Part shown: positions 1 to 10,485 of the stretch, in pieces
Layout of the letters: the number at the start of each line of letters is the position of its first letter
How positions within the stretch are numbered: the first letter of the stretch is position 1
NCBI GenBank assembly: GCA_963666215.2
Contig: CAXWPL010000001.1
Coordinates: 576,001-640,000, forward strand
Length of the DNA: 64,000 nt
Direction of reading: 5' to 3'
Source: Acidobacteriota bacterium
Lineage (GTDB): Bacteria; Acidobacteriota; UBA890; WLXD01
Program-made: the position numbers and the translations under genes
The notes under the pieces: model-generated
Told to the model about the DNA's origin: nothing
Database searches by the model: none
What the model saw: only the letters and a program-made list of their open reading frames with translations

Positions 1-440
1 GGCTGACCGTCGAGGCCGAACCTGCGGAGGCCCGTCATCTGTTGAACGTGAAGGGTCTCGCCGACGAGCGCGAAATCCCAGACCGCGCTGAGCTCGCCCG
101 GCCCCTCGCCGGCTCGGCCAAATGAGCCAACAAACTCGCCGTCGGCGGCGAAAGTCTGGATCCGATTGTTGACGGCGTCGAGCACGAAGATGCGACCGTC
201 GGTCACCGCAACGACGTCAATGCTCCAGCTCAGCAGGTAGTTGTCGTCGTCACCGCGCTCGCCAATGACCAGCTCCTCGACGAGCTCGATCCGATCGGTG
301 CGCGCTTCTTGCGGCACCGCGGGCAGCTCGAACGTACTGCCCGGCACGACGGAGACCCCATCGGCAACCGGGGGCGCCGGTTCGGAACAGGCCGTCGCCA
401 GCAGGAAGAGCGATAGTACGAGCGGTGTGGGCGAGCGCAT
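1..440 (-). CDS. 6-bladed beta-propeller/NHL-repeat lipoprotein (partial, runs off window start)
   Basis: Not in the ORF track. Manual translation from ATG 440: MRSPTPLVLSLFLLATACSEP (lipobox LATAC) ... DGRIFVLDAVNNRIQTFAADGEFVGSFGRAGEGPGEL, a typical NHL/propeller motif. Confidence 0.8.
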   Translation of the reverse strand, partial: MRSPTPLVLSLFLLATACSEPAPPVADGVSVVPGSTFELPAVPQEARTDRIELVEELVIGERGDDDNYLLSWSIDVVAVTDGRIFVLDAVNNRIQTFAADGEFVGSFGRAGEGPGELSAVWDFALVGETLHVQQMTGLRRFGLDGQ

Positions 441-537
441 CGCCGCACGCTACCTCATGAGCCACGGCGTCGCACGATGCGAGCTCTTGGGCTAGATTCC
501 GCCGTATGTTGCATGAGCACGGCGTCGGAGCCTAGCG

Positions 538-2163
538 ATGTTGCTCGCAGATCTTGTTGCCGCTTCCGCGGCGGTTGCGGGCACGCGCCGTCGACTGCAG
601 AAGGTCGGCCACCTGCGCGAGCTGCTCGAACGCCTTGCGCCCGACGAGACAGCGACCGCGGTTGCCTACCTGGCGGGGAGGTTGCCGCAGGGGCGTATCG
701 GGATCGGGCCGGCGGCGATTCGCCGCGCCTTTCCGGAGTCTGAGTCGGCTGATGCCACGCTGGACCTTGCCGACGTGGACGCGAGACTGACGACGATCGC
801 CGAGACCCGTGGCGCGGGCTCAGTGGCCAGGAAGTCGGAATTGCTGACCGACCTGTTCGAGGCGGCCACAGCCGAGGAGCAGCGCTTTCTGGCGGCATTG
901 CTGTTCGGCGAGCTACGACAGGGAGCGCTCGAGGCGGTGATGGTGGAGGCGGTGGCCAGGACCATTGGGGCACCGCCAGGCGACGTCCGTCGAGCGGTGA
1001 TGGTGAGCGGTAACGTGGCCGCGGTGGCCGCGGCCGCGCTGCTGCGGGGTCCAGAGGCGCTGGACGACTTTCGTATCGAGCTTTTCCGCCCCCTCCAACC
1101 CATGCTCGCGGGCACCGCCGACAGCGCCACTGAGGCGCTCGACAAGCTGACGGCGGCCGGCAGGAGTGCGCCAACAGGCGCCGATGCGAGCTCTTCCAAG
1201 GAAGTGGCGGTGGAAGTGAAGCTCGATGGCGCACGCGTGCAGATACACAGCGACGGCGACACCACCCGAGTGTTCACCCGCAATCTTCGCGAGGTCACCG
1301 GCGCGGTGCCCGAGGTTGCGGAGGCCGCGTCCCGATTCGAGCTCGGCGAGCCGCGGCAGATCATTCTCGACGGCGAGATCCTGGCGCTGCACGCCGACGG
1401 GCGTCCGCACCCCTTTCAGGTCACCATGCGGCGGTTCGGACGCAAGCTCGACGTCGACTCTGCCCGCGAGACGCTGCCCCTCAGCGTGCGGATCTTCGAC
1501 TGCCTGCACGCCGAGGGCGCCGACCTCATCGAACAACCTCTGCGCGAGCGGTTCGCGACGATGGAGCGCATCGTGCCGGCGGACCTCCTGATCGATCGGC
1601 TCGTCACCAGCACGACAAAGGACGCCGAAGCCTTCACCGCGGCCACTCTCGAGGCCGGGCATGAGGGCGTCATGGTCAAGTCTCTCGACGCCCCGTACGA
1701 CGCCGGCCGGCGAGGCAGCCAGTGGCTCAAGGTCAAGCAGGCACACACGCTCGACCTGGTGGTTCTGGCGGTCGAGTGGGGCAGCGGCAGGCGGCAAGGC
1801 AAGTTGAGCAACATCCACGTCGGGGCTCTAGCTGAAGCTGCCGACTCGTCGAGCTCCGCGACGACACTCGGCGCAGCCGATTTCGTCATGCTCGGCAAGA
1901 CCTTCAAGGGCATGACCGACGTCATGCTCGAGTGGCAAACCGAGCGCTTCCTCGAGCTCCAAACCCATCGCGACGGACACGTGGTGTACGTGCGCCCTGA
2001 ACAGGTGGTCGAGATCGCCTTCAACGATGTTCAGGAGAGCCCGCAGTACCCGGGCGGGCTGTCGCTTCGCTTCGCCAGGGTCGTGCGCTACCGTGACGAC
2101 AAGCGCGCGGACGAAGCAGACGCCATCAACACGGTACGCCAGCTCCTAGAGAGGAACCCATGA
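538..2163 (+). CDS. lig: ATP-dependent DNA ligase (LigB-like)
   Basis: Motif I EVKLDGAR, plus ILDGE, EGVMVK, WLKVK, LDLVVL and C-terminal OB-fold LRFAR. Confidence 0.93.
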   Translation: MLLADLVAASAAVAGTRRRLQKVGHLRELLERLAPDETATAVAYLAGRLPQGRIGIGPAAIRRAFPESESADATLDLADVDARLTTIAETRGAGSVARKSELLTDLFEAATAEEQRFLAALLFGELRQGALEAVMVEAVARTIGAPPGDVRRAVMVSGNVAAVAAAALLRGPEALDDFRIELFRPLQPMLAGTADSATEALDKLTAAGRSAPTGADASSSKEVAVEVKLDGARVQIHSDGDTTRVFTRNLREVTGAVPEVAEAASRFELGEPRQIILDGEILALHADGRPHPFQVTMRRFGRKLDVDSARETLPLSVRIFDCLHAEGADLIEQPLRERFATMERIVPADLLIDRLVTSTTKDAEAFTAATLEAGHEGVMVKSLDAPYDAGRRGSQWLKVKQAHTLDLVVLAVEWGSGRRQGKLSNIHVGALAEAADSSSSATTLGAADFVMLGKTFKGMTDVMLEWQTERFLELQTHRDGHVVYVRPEQVVEIAFNDVQESPQYPGGLSLRFARVVRYRDDKRADEADAINTVRQLLERNP

Positions 2164-4412
2164 GGCACGCCCAAATTGCTCTATTGATTGTCGTCGCTGC
2201 GGGCGCCGGAACTCTGACCTCGAACGCCGCATCGCCGGGCACCGCCAGCGCCCGGGGAGGCGGCACCGGGGCGACTGGAGCGGCGACGCAGGAACGTACG
2301 CTGAGTGTCGAGCCGGCGGAGCTGATGCTGGCTGTCGGACAGTCGTCGCGGCTCCGAGCGAGTATCCGGAGTGGCGCCGGATCGGCTGTCGACGCGTCCA
2401 CCGTGGTCTTCTTCTCGCGCGCGCCGCTGGCGGTCAGCGTGGCGCCGGACGGCACGGTGGTCGCGCACCGCGCCGGCGAGCACGAGATCGTGGTGATGTT
2501 GCCGCAGGCGCCGGATGCCGACGCCGATACCTTGGCCATCGACGACCCCGGCACCCGCACGGTCGTGCGTGTGACCGTTACACCGTCACCGCTCGCCGAG
2601 CTCGAGATCATCGGTGTGCCCGAAACCATGTTCGTTGGCGGCGCGGTGCAGTTCGCCGTGCAGGCCACCGACATCAACGGCTCGCGTCGAGACATCCGCC
2701 CCGAGCTCACCACCGCGGAACCACGGGTCGCTACCATCGCGGCGTTCGGGCCGATCTTCGAGGGCTCACGAGCCGTACATCCGTTCTACTGGCGTGACCG
2801 TCCGGACGTGCTGCCGGGAGAGGCTGCCGGCCTGCTGGAAGCGCTTGCCGTGGGCGACACCATGTTGACAGTCACCGCGGGTAGCTTGGAGGCCTCGGTC
2901 GCGGTTCGCGTGGTTGCCAACCCGACCATGCGTCTCGAGCTCGAAGCCTCGACCTCGTCAATCGCGCCGGACAGCTCCGCGACGCGGCCCGACGCGGCCA
3001 GCACCGGCATGTCCCGTGGATCTGTCACGCAAGCACGAACCGGCGATGTTGTTGCGTTCGCCGCACGAGCCTTCGACGGCGACGGGAACCGGGTGGAAGG
3101 CGCGCCGATCGGCTTCGCCTTGCAGTCGCGACCCGACCCGGGGCAGCCACAATCGCTGGGCGCAGGCGCCGCCGCGCAGCTCCTTGCCGATGGGCGCTTC
3201 GTCGCCGAGCAGCCGGGTATCTACACCGTGATCGCCATGTCGGGGGCCGCGAGCACAGCTCACAAGGTGACGGTGCAGCTACGCAATGTCACCCGTGCCG
3301 TCGAGTTCGTCGGCCACGGCCCTGTGCGCGATCGCGTGACTTCCGACCTGTGGGTGTGGGAAGCGACCGACGGCCGCGACTACGCGATTACGGGAACCTG
3401 GGGTGCCGAGGGGCACGCCTACTTCTGGGACGTCACCGACCCGGCGAACATGGAGCGCGTCGCGGAGGTGCAGGTGGACGCGCGCACCGTCAACGACGTC
3501 AAGGTATCGGAAGACGGCCGCATCGCCGTGATTAGCCGCGAGGGAGCGTCTAACCGGCGCAACGGCTTCGTGGTGCTCGACATCTCGAACCCGCGCGAGC
3601 CGCGCGTGCTGTCGCGCTTCGACGACCAGATGACCGGCGGTGTGCACAACGTGTTCATTCACGACGACCACGTCTACGCCATCAACAACGGGAGACGCTG
3701 GGACGTGGTGAACATCGAGGATCCAACGCAGCCGACCCGCGTCGGGCGCTTCGAGACTTCCGTCCCTGGACGGTCGGTGCACGACGTTTGGGTACGCGAC
3801 GGCATCGCCTACCAGTCGGGCAACACCGAGGGACTGATCATGGTCGATGTCGGCGGCGGCGGCATGGGTGGCTCGCCCAACAACCCCGTCGAGATGGGCC
3901 GGCTGCCACAGATCGCCGGCTGGAACCACGCCGTGTGGCCTTTCGAGTCGAAGTCGGCGGGCAAGTTCTACGTGGTCGGTGGCGACGAGGCGCATCCAGT
4001 CAACCCACGCGACCCCACCAACATCATCAACGTCGACTCACGCCTGCCGACCCGGGCCATGGGGTGGCTTCACTTTGTCGACATGACGGACGTCACCAAC
4101 CCACGCGAGGTTGCGCGCTACCGCGTGCCCGAGTCCGGCCCCCACAACCTGTGGATCGACTGGGAGGAGGAGGTGATGTACGTCGCCTACTTCAACGGCG
4201 GGCTGCGGGTGGTCGATGTCTCCGGAGATCTGGTGGGCGACCTCTATCGTCAGGGACGCGAGATCGCCAAGTTCTATCCCGACGACGCCGAGGGCTACGT
4301 GCCGAACTCGCCCTTCGTCTGGGGCCCGCAGCCGCACAAGGGCACGATCTTCTTCACCGACTTTCACTCCGGGCTCTGGGCCATTCGGCTGCGGCCGCCA
4401 GCGCGGCCCTGA
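2160..4412 (+). CDS. Secreted Ig-like domain + LVIVD-repeat beta-propeller protein
   Basis: Signal peptide, Ig-like segments, then LVIVD-type repeats (FWDVTDP, VVLDISNP, VVNIEDP, GLRVVDVS). ATGA overlap with the ligase. Confidence 0.8.
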   Translation: MRHAQIALLIVVAAGAGTLTSNAASPGTASARGGGTGATGAATQERTLSVEPAELMLAVGQSSRLRASIRSGAGSAVDASTVVFFSRAPLAVSVAPDGTVVAHRAGEHEIVVMLPQAPDADADTLAIDDPGTRTVVRVTVTPSPLAELEIIGVPETMFVGGAVQFAVQATDINGSRRDIRPELTTAEPRVATIAAFGPIFEGSRAVHPFYWRDRPDVLPGEAAGLLEALAVGDTMLTVTAGSLEASVAVRVVANPTMRLELEASTSSIAPDSSATRPDAASTGMSRGSVTQARTGDVVAFAARAFDGDGNRVEGAPIGFALQSRPDPGQPQSLGAGAAAQLLADGRFVAEQPGIYTVIAMSGAASTAHKVTVQLRNVTRAVEFVGHGPVRDRVTSDLWVWEATDGRDYAITGTWGAEGHAYFWDVTDPANMERVAEVQVDARTVNDVKVSEDGRIAVISREGASNRRNGFVVLDISNPREPRVLSRFDDQMTGGVHNVFIHDDHVYAINNGRRWDVVNIEDPTQPTRVGRFETSVPGRSVHDVWVRDGIAYQSGNTEGLIMVDVGGGGMGGSPNNPVEMGRLPQIAGWNHAVWPFESKSAGKFYVVGGDEAHPVNPRDPTNIINVDSRLPTRAMGWLHFVDMTDVTNPREVARYRVPESGPHNLWIDWEEEVMYVAYFNGGLRVVDVSGDLVGDLYRQGREIAKFYPDDAEGYVPNSPFVWGPQPHKGTIFFTDFHSGLWAIRLRPPARP

Positions 4413-4436
4413 CCGGCCGCGTGGACGTGTGACCCG

Positions 4437-6518
4437 CTAGAAGATCGTGGTCGCCTTGAGGAACAGTGTGTTGCCCTGGTCCGACCGCTGACCGAGCTCC
4501 GCTGTTCCGCGCTGGAAAGCCAACTGCAGCGTGCCGAAGGGCGGCTGGTAGCGGTAAACGAACGTCACCTGGACGTTGCGTCGATCGATGGCGGAATTCG
4601 TCTACAGGAAGGTGTTGATGAACAGGTCCGGCGTGAAGAACTGGTCGGCGCGTAGGACATGGATCCAGGTCGACTCGCCGTCAGGATCCGGATCGAGCGA
4701 CAGCCGCTGCAGCTGGTACTCGGCTGACAGCTGGTCGGTGAGCTTGTAGCCGGCGGCGGCAGTCCAAAGCTCGAAGTCGGCGCCGAAGTTGCGCCCGAAT
4801 TGATAGCGGGCCCGCACCTGGTCGAAGGCCCGGGTGTTGTAGCCGATTTCGAACGACGTTTGTCGGTTACGGAAGCGATCCTCGAAAACCTGTAGGTCCT
4901 CGATGTGCCCGACCTCCACCGAAAAACGGTTTCGAAAGTCGACCTCAACCGATTGTTTGACTTCCCAAGCGCGTAACTCAGTCGAGTCGGCGGCCCAGAA
5001 CACGTTGTAGTTCGAGGAGTACTCGACGCGCTCGATCGGCCCGCTGGAGAGCCAAAAGGTCTTCTCGAACTCGCTGTCGAGCTCACGTCGGTTGTCATCA
5101 CGAACAAAGCCCACGGCGTTGACGTTGTCGCCGAAGTGCTCGCCGAAGCATGAAAAGCGCACGTGCGCGTGCATCGTCGGCGTGTCGTACGCCGGACGCA
5201 GAAAGTACGCCAGGGTGCCACTGTCGAACTCTCCGAAGCTCTGTGCGATCTGCGCCGTCATCCCCCAGTGGTCGCTGAAGAACAGCGTTGTGTCGAGGCC
5301 AACCGAGCTCCGGCTGTCACCGGAAACGTCGCGTGCGGCGCCGATGAGGCCCACGTTCGAGCGGCCGAGATCGCGCTGCGCGCGCACCACGCCGAAGTTG
5401 GAATCAACCGATCCGTCGCTGGACTGGGCTCTCGCGTACAGGGTGTGGTACGTCCATGCGCCCTGCTTGCCAACGATCTTCGCTCCAGCGTCGATGTCGG
5501 CGATCCTGCGTGAGTAGAAGGTCTGGATGCGCTGGCGGAATTGCTCATTGCCCACGAGGAAGAACTGCCGCTTCTCGGGAACACTGAGCTCGAAGCGCGT
5601 CAGATTGACGCGCTCCCGATCGGCTTCGATGAGCGCGAAGTCGGGGTTCACCGTAGCGAAGGCAGACGTCGACGAGCTGATCTCGTAGCGCCCATCCACA
5701 CCCACTCGCCAGCTTGGCTGGCGACCATCGGCGACGGTCGATTGACCGTAGGGCACGATCTGAAACTGGCTCTCGGGAGCTGCCACGTTGAGCTGCTCGA
5801 GCGTCCCCGCCTGCGAGAGTCGAAAGCGCGTCTCCAGCGGCCCGGCCCAGGAGCTGATCTCCAGGCTGCGGCGGCGCCCGCGCATCAGGTTGATGCCCCA
5901 GCTAACACCCTCGCCCGAGGCGTACTTGATCGAAGCGAAAGGAATCGCGAGCTCCGCTGACCAACTCGTAGAGGAGCGCTGCGCCGCAACCTGCCAGGCG
6001 CCGTCCCACGTTGGGTCGGTGGTGCGACCGTCGTTGACAATACGGCCGTCGGTTTGCGTCCCCAGCAGATTGGTCATGAAGTAGTAGCCGCTCTGCCGAT
6101 CGAGGAACGAGTCGAGCACAACAACGACGACGTCGTCTTCGAAGAGATCCGCGTCGCGCCGTGTGAGCTCTGCGATCGGCTCGTCGGGCTCCGCCACTCG
6201 AAACGCCACATAGAGGGCCACTTCGTCGTACTGAACCCACGCCGTCGTCGGTTGGGACGGCTGTGCGCCGCGCTGCGGTTCGAACTGCACGAAGTCACGC
6301 GCCACGGCGGCGGCGGTCCACTCGCCGTCCGAGATGAGGCCGTCGATCGTCGGTGGGGTCGCGACCCGCACCGCGGGCAGGATGGTGCGATCACCGGGCA
6401 CCGGCTCACCATCGCGTTGCTGCAACTCGGCAGCGCCCTGCGCCAACGCCAAGCCCTGTTCGGGGATCCCGACCACGGAGGCGAGCAGAAACGCCATCGC
6501 GACGTCGACGGTCCTCAT
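4437..6518 (-). CDS. CBM9-like/DUF5916 outer-membrane protein with an internal in-frame TAG at 4602-4604
   Basis: PPTIDG...W, AELAIPF, TVNPDFALIEAD and PEKRQFF motifs. The same frame continues 54 codons past the TAG to a barrel-type C-terminus (NTLFLKATTIF*). Confidence 0.8.
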
Positions 6519-6546
6519 GGCCCGACCTCGTTGACGCCCGATCGGA

Positions 6547-7475
6547 TCACTTCTGTTGCCGCAGCTTGGCCAGCTCTTGCCGTGAAGGGAGGTAGCTCGG
6601 GTCGACCTCGAGGGCGCGCTCAAACGCGGCGATGGCGTCCTCGGTACGACGTTGTCGCAGGAGCACAACACCCAGACTGTGGTGCGCCGGCGCCTGCTCC
6701 GGAAAGAGCGACAACGAGCGACGGAAAGCCTGCTCCGCCCGAGCGAATTCGCCCAGGCTGCCTCGCACCATGCCGAGCCGGTTCCAGACTTCCGGATCGT
6801 CCGGTGTTCGTTGAGCAAGCCGGCCCATCAGCGCCTCGGCTTCGCGCGCTTCGCCGCGCTGCAGTCGGAGCAGCGCCAGGTTGCCCAGCAACCGCGGCTC
6901 GTCGGGCGCCAGGGCCTCGGCCGCGAGATAGACGTCGAGCGCCTCGTCGATTTCGCCCGTTTCTTGCAGATACGTCGCCAGCAGCAGGGGGAAGGTGACG
7001 GTCTGCGGGAACGATTCTCCGGCTTCGTACAGTAAAGCGACGGCCTCCGCGACTTGACCCGCGGCCTTGTAGGACTTGGCGAGCTCGACGTAGCTGAGCG
7101 TAAAATCCGGGCCGGCGTCGATTGCCGCTTCGAGAACATCGATCGCGCGAGCTGCGTTGCCGCGCGCCAGCTCCAGCCGGCCACGGTAGTAGAGTGCGAC
7201 GTAGTGGCCGGGAATCAGCCGGTCGGCGGAGTCGAGCGCAGCCTGGGCCGGACCCGAGAGCCCCACCGCCAGCGCCGCCCCGGCTTCGAGGATGCGCTCC
7301 TGGTACGACTCCATCGCCTCGATCCTGTCCATCGGGTTGACTCGAGAAGAGCCCTCAGGGTTGACGCCGTCGGTGGCGCCACGGTCGTTCCCCCTCGCCC
7401 GGCGAGAGCCGGAACCGGCGGCGCCACCGATATAACCCAACGCCCGCAGGCGCTCGAGATCGGCGGCATCGAAGG
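6547..7475 (-). pseudogene. TPR-repeat C-terminal part of a sulfatase-TPR protein (sulfatase domain missing)
   Basis: Begins at DLERLRALGYI (sulfatase C-terminal motif) and NPMDRI, followed by many TPR helices. No sulfatase catalytic domain upstream. Confidence 0.7.
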
Positions 7476-7566
7476 CGCGATTGTTGCCGCGATCGCGACC
7501 GATCTGCGCGGGATCATCGCCGGCGACACCCGAGAGCGGCTCAGGGCGTTGGGGTACGTGCAATAA
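7471..7566 (+). pseudogene. Orphan C-terminal remnant of a second sulfatase-type gene
   Basis: Plus-strand frame ends ...IIAGDTRERLRALGYVQ*, the classic sulfatase-family terminus, with no upstream body. Confidence 0.6.
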
Positions 7567-7705
7567 CCGAGCGCGAGGCCAGAACCTTTGACGACCGTGC
7601 GCGGGAAGTATTTGCGCAGCCCTGAGCGGCGCGGCAAGCTTGGCTCGTCACATGTATGGAGAACACGAGCCGCTCTCGATTGACTTTGCGTGGAGACGAC
7701 GAACG

Positions 7706-8320
7706 ATGAGCTGGATCCCGACTCGCGAGTCTTGGGCACGAATCGCCAAGGAAGCGATCGTTTTCGTGTGCGCGGTCGTGATCCTTTTCTCGGCACGGTC
7801 GTCGCTCGCGGACCACTATGTGGTGCCGAGCAGCTCCATGGAACACACGCTCATGCCCGGCGATCGCGTGGTCGTGAACAAGATGGCCTTCGGCCTGCGT
7901 GTTCCTTTCCTCGGTTGGTCGATCGTCGGTTGGGGGGCGCCCAAGGCAGGTGAGGTGGTGGTCTTCGATTCTCCTGAGAGCGGCAAGCGCCTGATCAAGC
8001 GCGTCGTCGCCACAGCCGGCCAGCGCGTGAGCGTCCGTCGGGGCCACCTGCGGATTGACGGCGCCGACATCGCACTGCCCGACGAGCCCGACACCGAAGC
8101 GTTCGGCGATCGCATCGCGAGGCTCAACCTCAGCCTCGGCGGCGGCCCCGACTTCGGGCCGATGCGCATCGAGGAGGGTCACCTGCTCGTCATGGGCGAC
8201 TTCCGCGGCAACAGCCGAGATGGCCGCGAGTTCGGGCTCATCAGGGCCGAGGAAGCCTACGGTCGCGCCATCGCGGTTTACCTGCGCCGCGGCGAGGGCC
8301 TCGTTTGGAAGGGTCTGTAG
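7706..8320 (+). CDS. lepB: Signal peptidase I
   Basis: VPSSSMEHTL (catalytic Ser), LIKRVVA (catalytic Lys), MGDFRGNSRDGR. Confidence 0.93.
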   Translation: MSWIPTRESWARIAKEAIVFVCAVVILFSARSSLADHYVVPSSSMEHTLMPGDRVVVNKMAFGLRVPFLGWSIVGWGAPKAGEVVVFDSPESGKRLIKRVVATAGQRVSVRRGHLRIDGADIALPDEPDTEAFGDRIARLNLSLGGGPDFGPMRIEEGHLLVMGDFRGNSRDGREFGLIRAEEAYGRAIAVYLRRGEGLVWKGL

Positions 8321-8372
8321 TCGAGTCCGATAGGCTCTTCACCATGGCCTTCAGGCAACCGAGCAGAACCGC

Positions 8373-8645
8373 GTGCCAACACTGACTCGCGGCGAGTTCA
8401 TCGGGCTCGCGGCTAACGCCGGGACCGGGCTGCTCGTTCCGCGGTTCGGCGACCAGCTAGCGCCAGCCGACGACGAGATCCAACGACTGTTCGACGACGC
8501 GCCGATCTTCGACGGGGTCGTCAACTGGGAGCGCTGGAAGAACGTCGCGCGGCACCTCCGCGAGCGCGGCTTTTCGCTCGAAGATCTGCGCAAGGTCCTC
8601 GGCGCCAATTTCCTGCGGGTGTACCGCGAGGTACTCGATCCATGA
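8373..8645 (+). pseudogene. Membrane dipeptidase (M19) with large in-frame internal deletion
   Basis: Tat-like leader and PIFDG start joined directly to the C-terminal LRERGFSLEDLRKVLGANFLRV motif; only 90 aa. Confidence 0.7.
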
Positions 8646-9133
8646 GGAACCCCGCAACGCCGACTCGCCCATCCACGCCCGCAATCGGCGGCCGCATTCA
8701 TTTCGACGACGCGAGCAAGCTCGCCTTCGAAGACCTGACGTCGATCATCTTCGTGCTGCCCGAGGGTGCCGAGTCGATCCCGCAGAACGTCAACGAGTGG
8801 CCACGCGAATACAGCGCCAACACACGCTCCCGATCGGCGCCGCTGCGCTGGGTCCGTTCGATCGAGATTCTCGAAGGCGCGCAACGTGACCGCTACCGCG
8901 CGCTCTTCGACGTTCGCGCCCGCATCACGACCGCGACTGGCGTAAGCTTCGTATCATCGTACGCGAGCCTCGAGTGGGTTCGATTTCTATACCTCGAGCG
9001 AGCGCCAGACGGCCCCGATGACCACGAGCCGGAGCCCGGCGAAATCGACTCGGAAGTGGTCCTCCTCGACCGGACGATCTATTTCGCCGGCGAGGACGGG
9101 CGCAACATCACCAAGATCGAGCTCGGTATCTGA
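8642..9133 (+). CDS. Hypothetical protein
   Basis: 163-aa ORF with ATGA overlap upstream and a 6-bp gap to the fpg-like gene. Confidence 0.6.
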   Translation: MRNPATPTRPSTPAIGGRIHFDDASKLAFEDLTSIIFVLPEGAESIPQNVNEWPREYSANTRSRSAPLRWVRSIEILEGAQRDRYRALFDVRARITTATGVSFVSSYASLEWVRFLYLERAPDGPDDHEPEPGEIDSEVVLLDRTIYFAGEDGRNITKIELGI

Positions 9134-9139
9134 GTCGAC

Positions 9140-10057
9140 ATGCCCGAGCTGCCTTCCGTCACTGTCTACGTGGAGGCACTGGAGCGCCACATCGTCGGGC
9201 GGCGCCTCGAGGGCGTCCGGCTGACGAGCCCATTCCTTGTCCGCACGTTCGACCCGCCGCTGAGTGCCGTCGACGGGCGCCGCGTCACAGCGATCCGACG
9301 CATCGGAAAACGTATCGTTTGGGATCTCGAAAGCGAGCCCGGCGACTCGTTGTTCCTCGTTTTTCATCTGATGATCGCGGGGCGCCTGCGCTGGCGGAAG
9401 CCGGGAGCCAAGCCTCCGGGCCGTCGCGGCCTCGCCGCCTTCGACTTCCCGAACGGCACGCTCCTGTTCACCGAGGCCAGCGCCAAGAAGCGAGCCTCAC
9501 TGCATGTGGTCGCGAGCGAGGAAGCGCTGGCCGAACACGACCCGGGCGGCCTCGAGGTCCTCGATTGCCTGGCCGCCGACTTCCACGAGCAACTGATGCT
9601 GAAGAACCACACGCTCAAACGCGCTCTCACCTCACCGCGCCTCTTCTCGGGCATCGGCAACGCCTACTCCGACGAGATTCTCCATCACGCCAAGCTTTCC
9701 CCCCTGACCTGGACCTCACGGCTAACCGACGATGAAGTGGTGCGCCTGCACGCCAGCACCATCGAGATCATGGCGGGCGCAATCGAGCGTTTTCGCGCCG
9801 AAGTCGGCGACGGTTTTCCCGACAAGGTCACCGCCTTCCGCCCCGATATGGTGGTCCACGGCCGCTATCTGAAGCCCTGCCCCGATTGCGACGCCCCCGT
9901 CCAACGACTCATCTACGCGAGCAACGAGGCGAACTACTGCGCTCCGTGCCAAACCGGTGGACAGGTCTACGCCGACCGTGTGCTGTCGCAGCTCCTCAAG
10001 AAAGACTGGCCACGGACGATCGAAGAGTGGGAGCAAATCCGCCCGGCCAGCGGCTGA
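9140..10057 (+). CDS. Fpg/Nei family DNA glycosylase (MutM-like)
   Basis: N-terminal MPELP, GKR, H2[13 protein letters not shown] and C-terminal zinc finger CPDC...CAPCQ. Confidence 0.92.
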   Translation: MPELPSVTVYVEALERHIVGRRLEGVRLTSPFLVRTFDPPLSAVDGRRVTAIRRIGKRIVWDLESEPGDSLFLVFHLMIAGRLRWRKPGAKPPGRRGLAAFDFPNGTLLFTEASAKKRASLHVVASEEALAEHDPGGLEVLDCLAADFHEQLMLKNHTLKRALTSPRLFSGIGNAYSDEILHHAKLSPLTWTSRLTDDEVVRLHASTIEIMAGAIERFRAEVGDGFPDKVTAFRPDMVVHGRYLKPCPDCDAPVQRLIYASNEANYCAPCQTGGQVYADRVLSQLLKKDWPRTIEEWEQIRPASG

Positions 10058-10170
10058 AATCGGCCGACACATGTCAATGTCGGAGAGTTCGCGAACGAAG
10101 AATGGGGCCGGCGGCGGCACATATAGATCGTGGATCGCGTATCACCTCGGCTCATCCAACGGAGAAGACC

Positions 10171-10380
10171 GTGAGCGGAATCAACTACACCTGCGCAAAG
10201 TGTGACCACACCCAGTACGAGACTCGCGAGCTGCGAGGATCCGGTGGCTTTTGGAGCAAGATCTTCGACGTGCAGGGCCAGCGCTTCAGCACCGTCATCT
10301 GCAAGCGTTGCCGCTATGCCGAGCTCTACCACGCCGACTCGAGCACGCTGGGAAACATCTTCGACCTGTTCACCAACTAG
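10171..10380 (+). CDS. Small zinc-ribbon protein (DUF2082-like)
   Basis: GTG start after GGAG; CAKC...SKIFDVQ...CKRCRYAELY...IFDLF. Confidence 0.85.
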   Translation: MSGINYTCAKCDHTQYETRELRGSGGFWSKIFDVQGQRFSTVICKRCRYAELYHADSSTLGNIFDLFTN

Positions 10381-10485
10381 CGGGTGGCAGTCCGATCGCG
10401 CCGCTAGCGCGTTTTGGCTAGCGGCGCGGCTGCCGCTGGGCGATCCTGGCGTCTCCGCGGTTTTCGCTTCTCTGGATCGCCTCCG

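Noticed and set aside
538-2163. ATP-dependent ligase as part of an NHEJ system causing the deletions
   Set aside because: No Ku, polymerase or phosphoesterase domain or gene in the window; nothing in the sequence links it to the scars.
4602-4604. Amber recoding (pyrrolysine or alternative genetic code)
   Set aside because: TAG is used as a normal stop by many genes in the window, only one internal case was seen, and no pyl genes or tRNA are visible.
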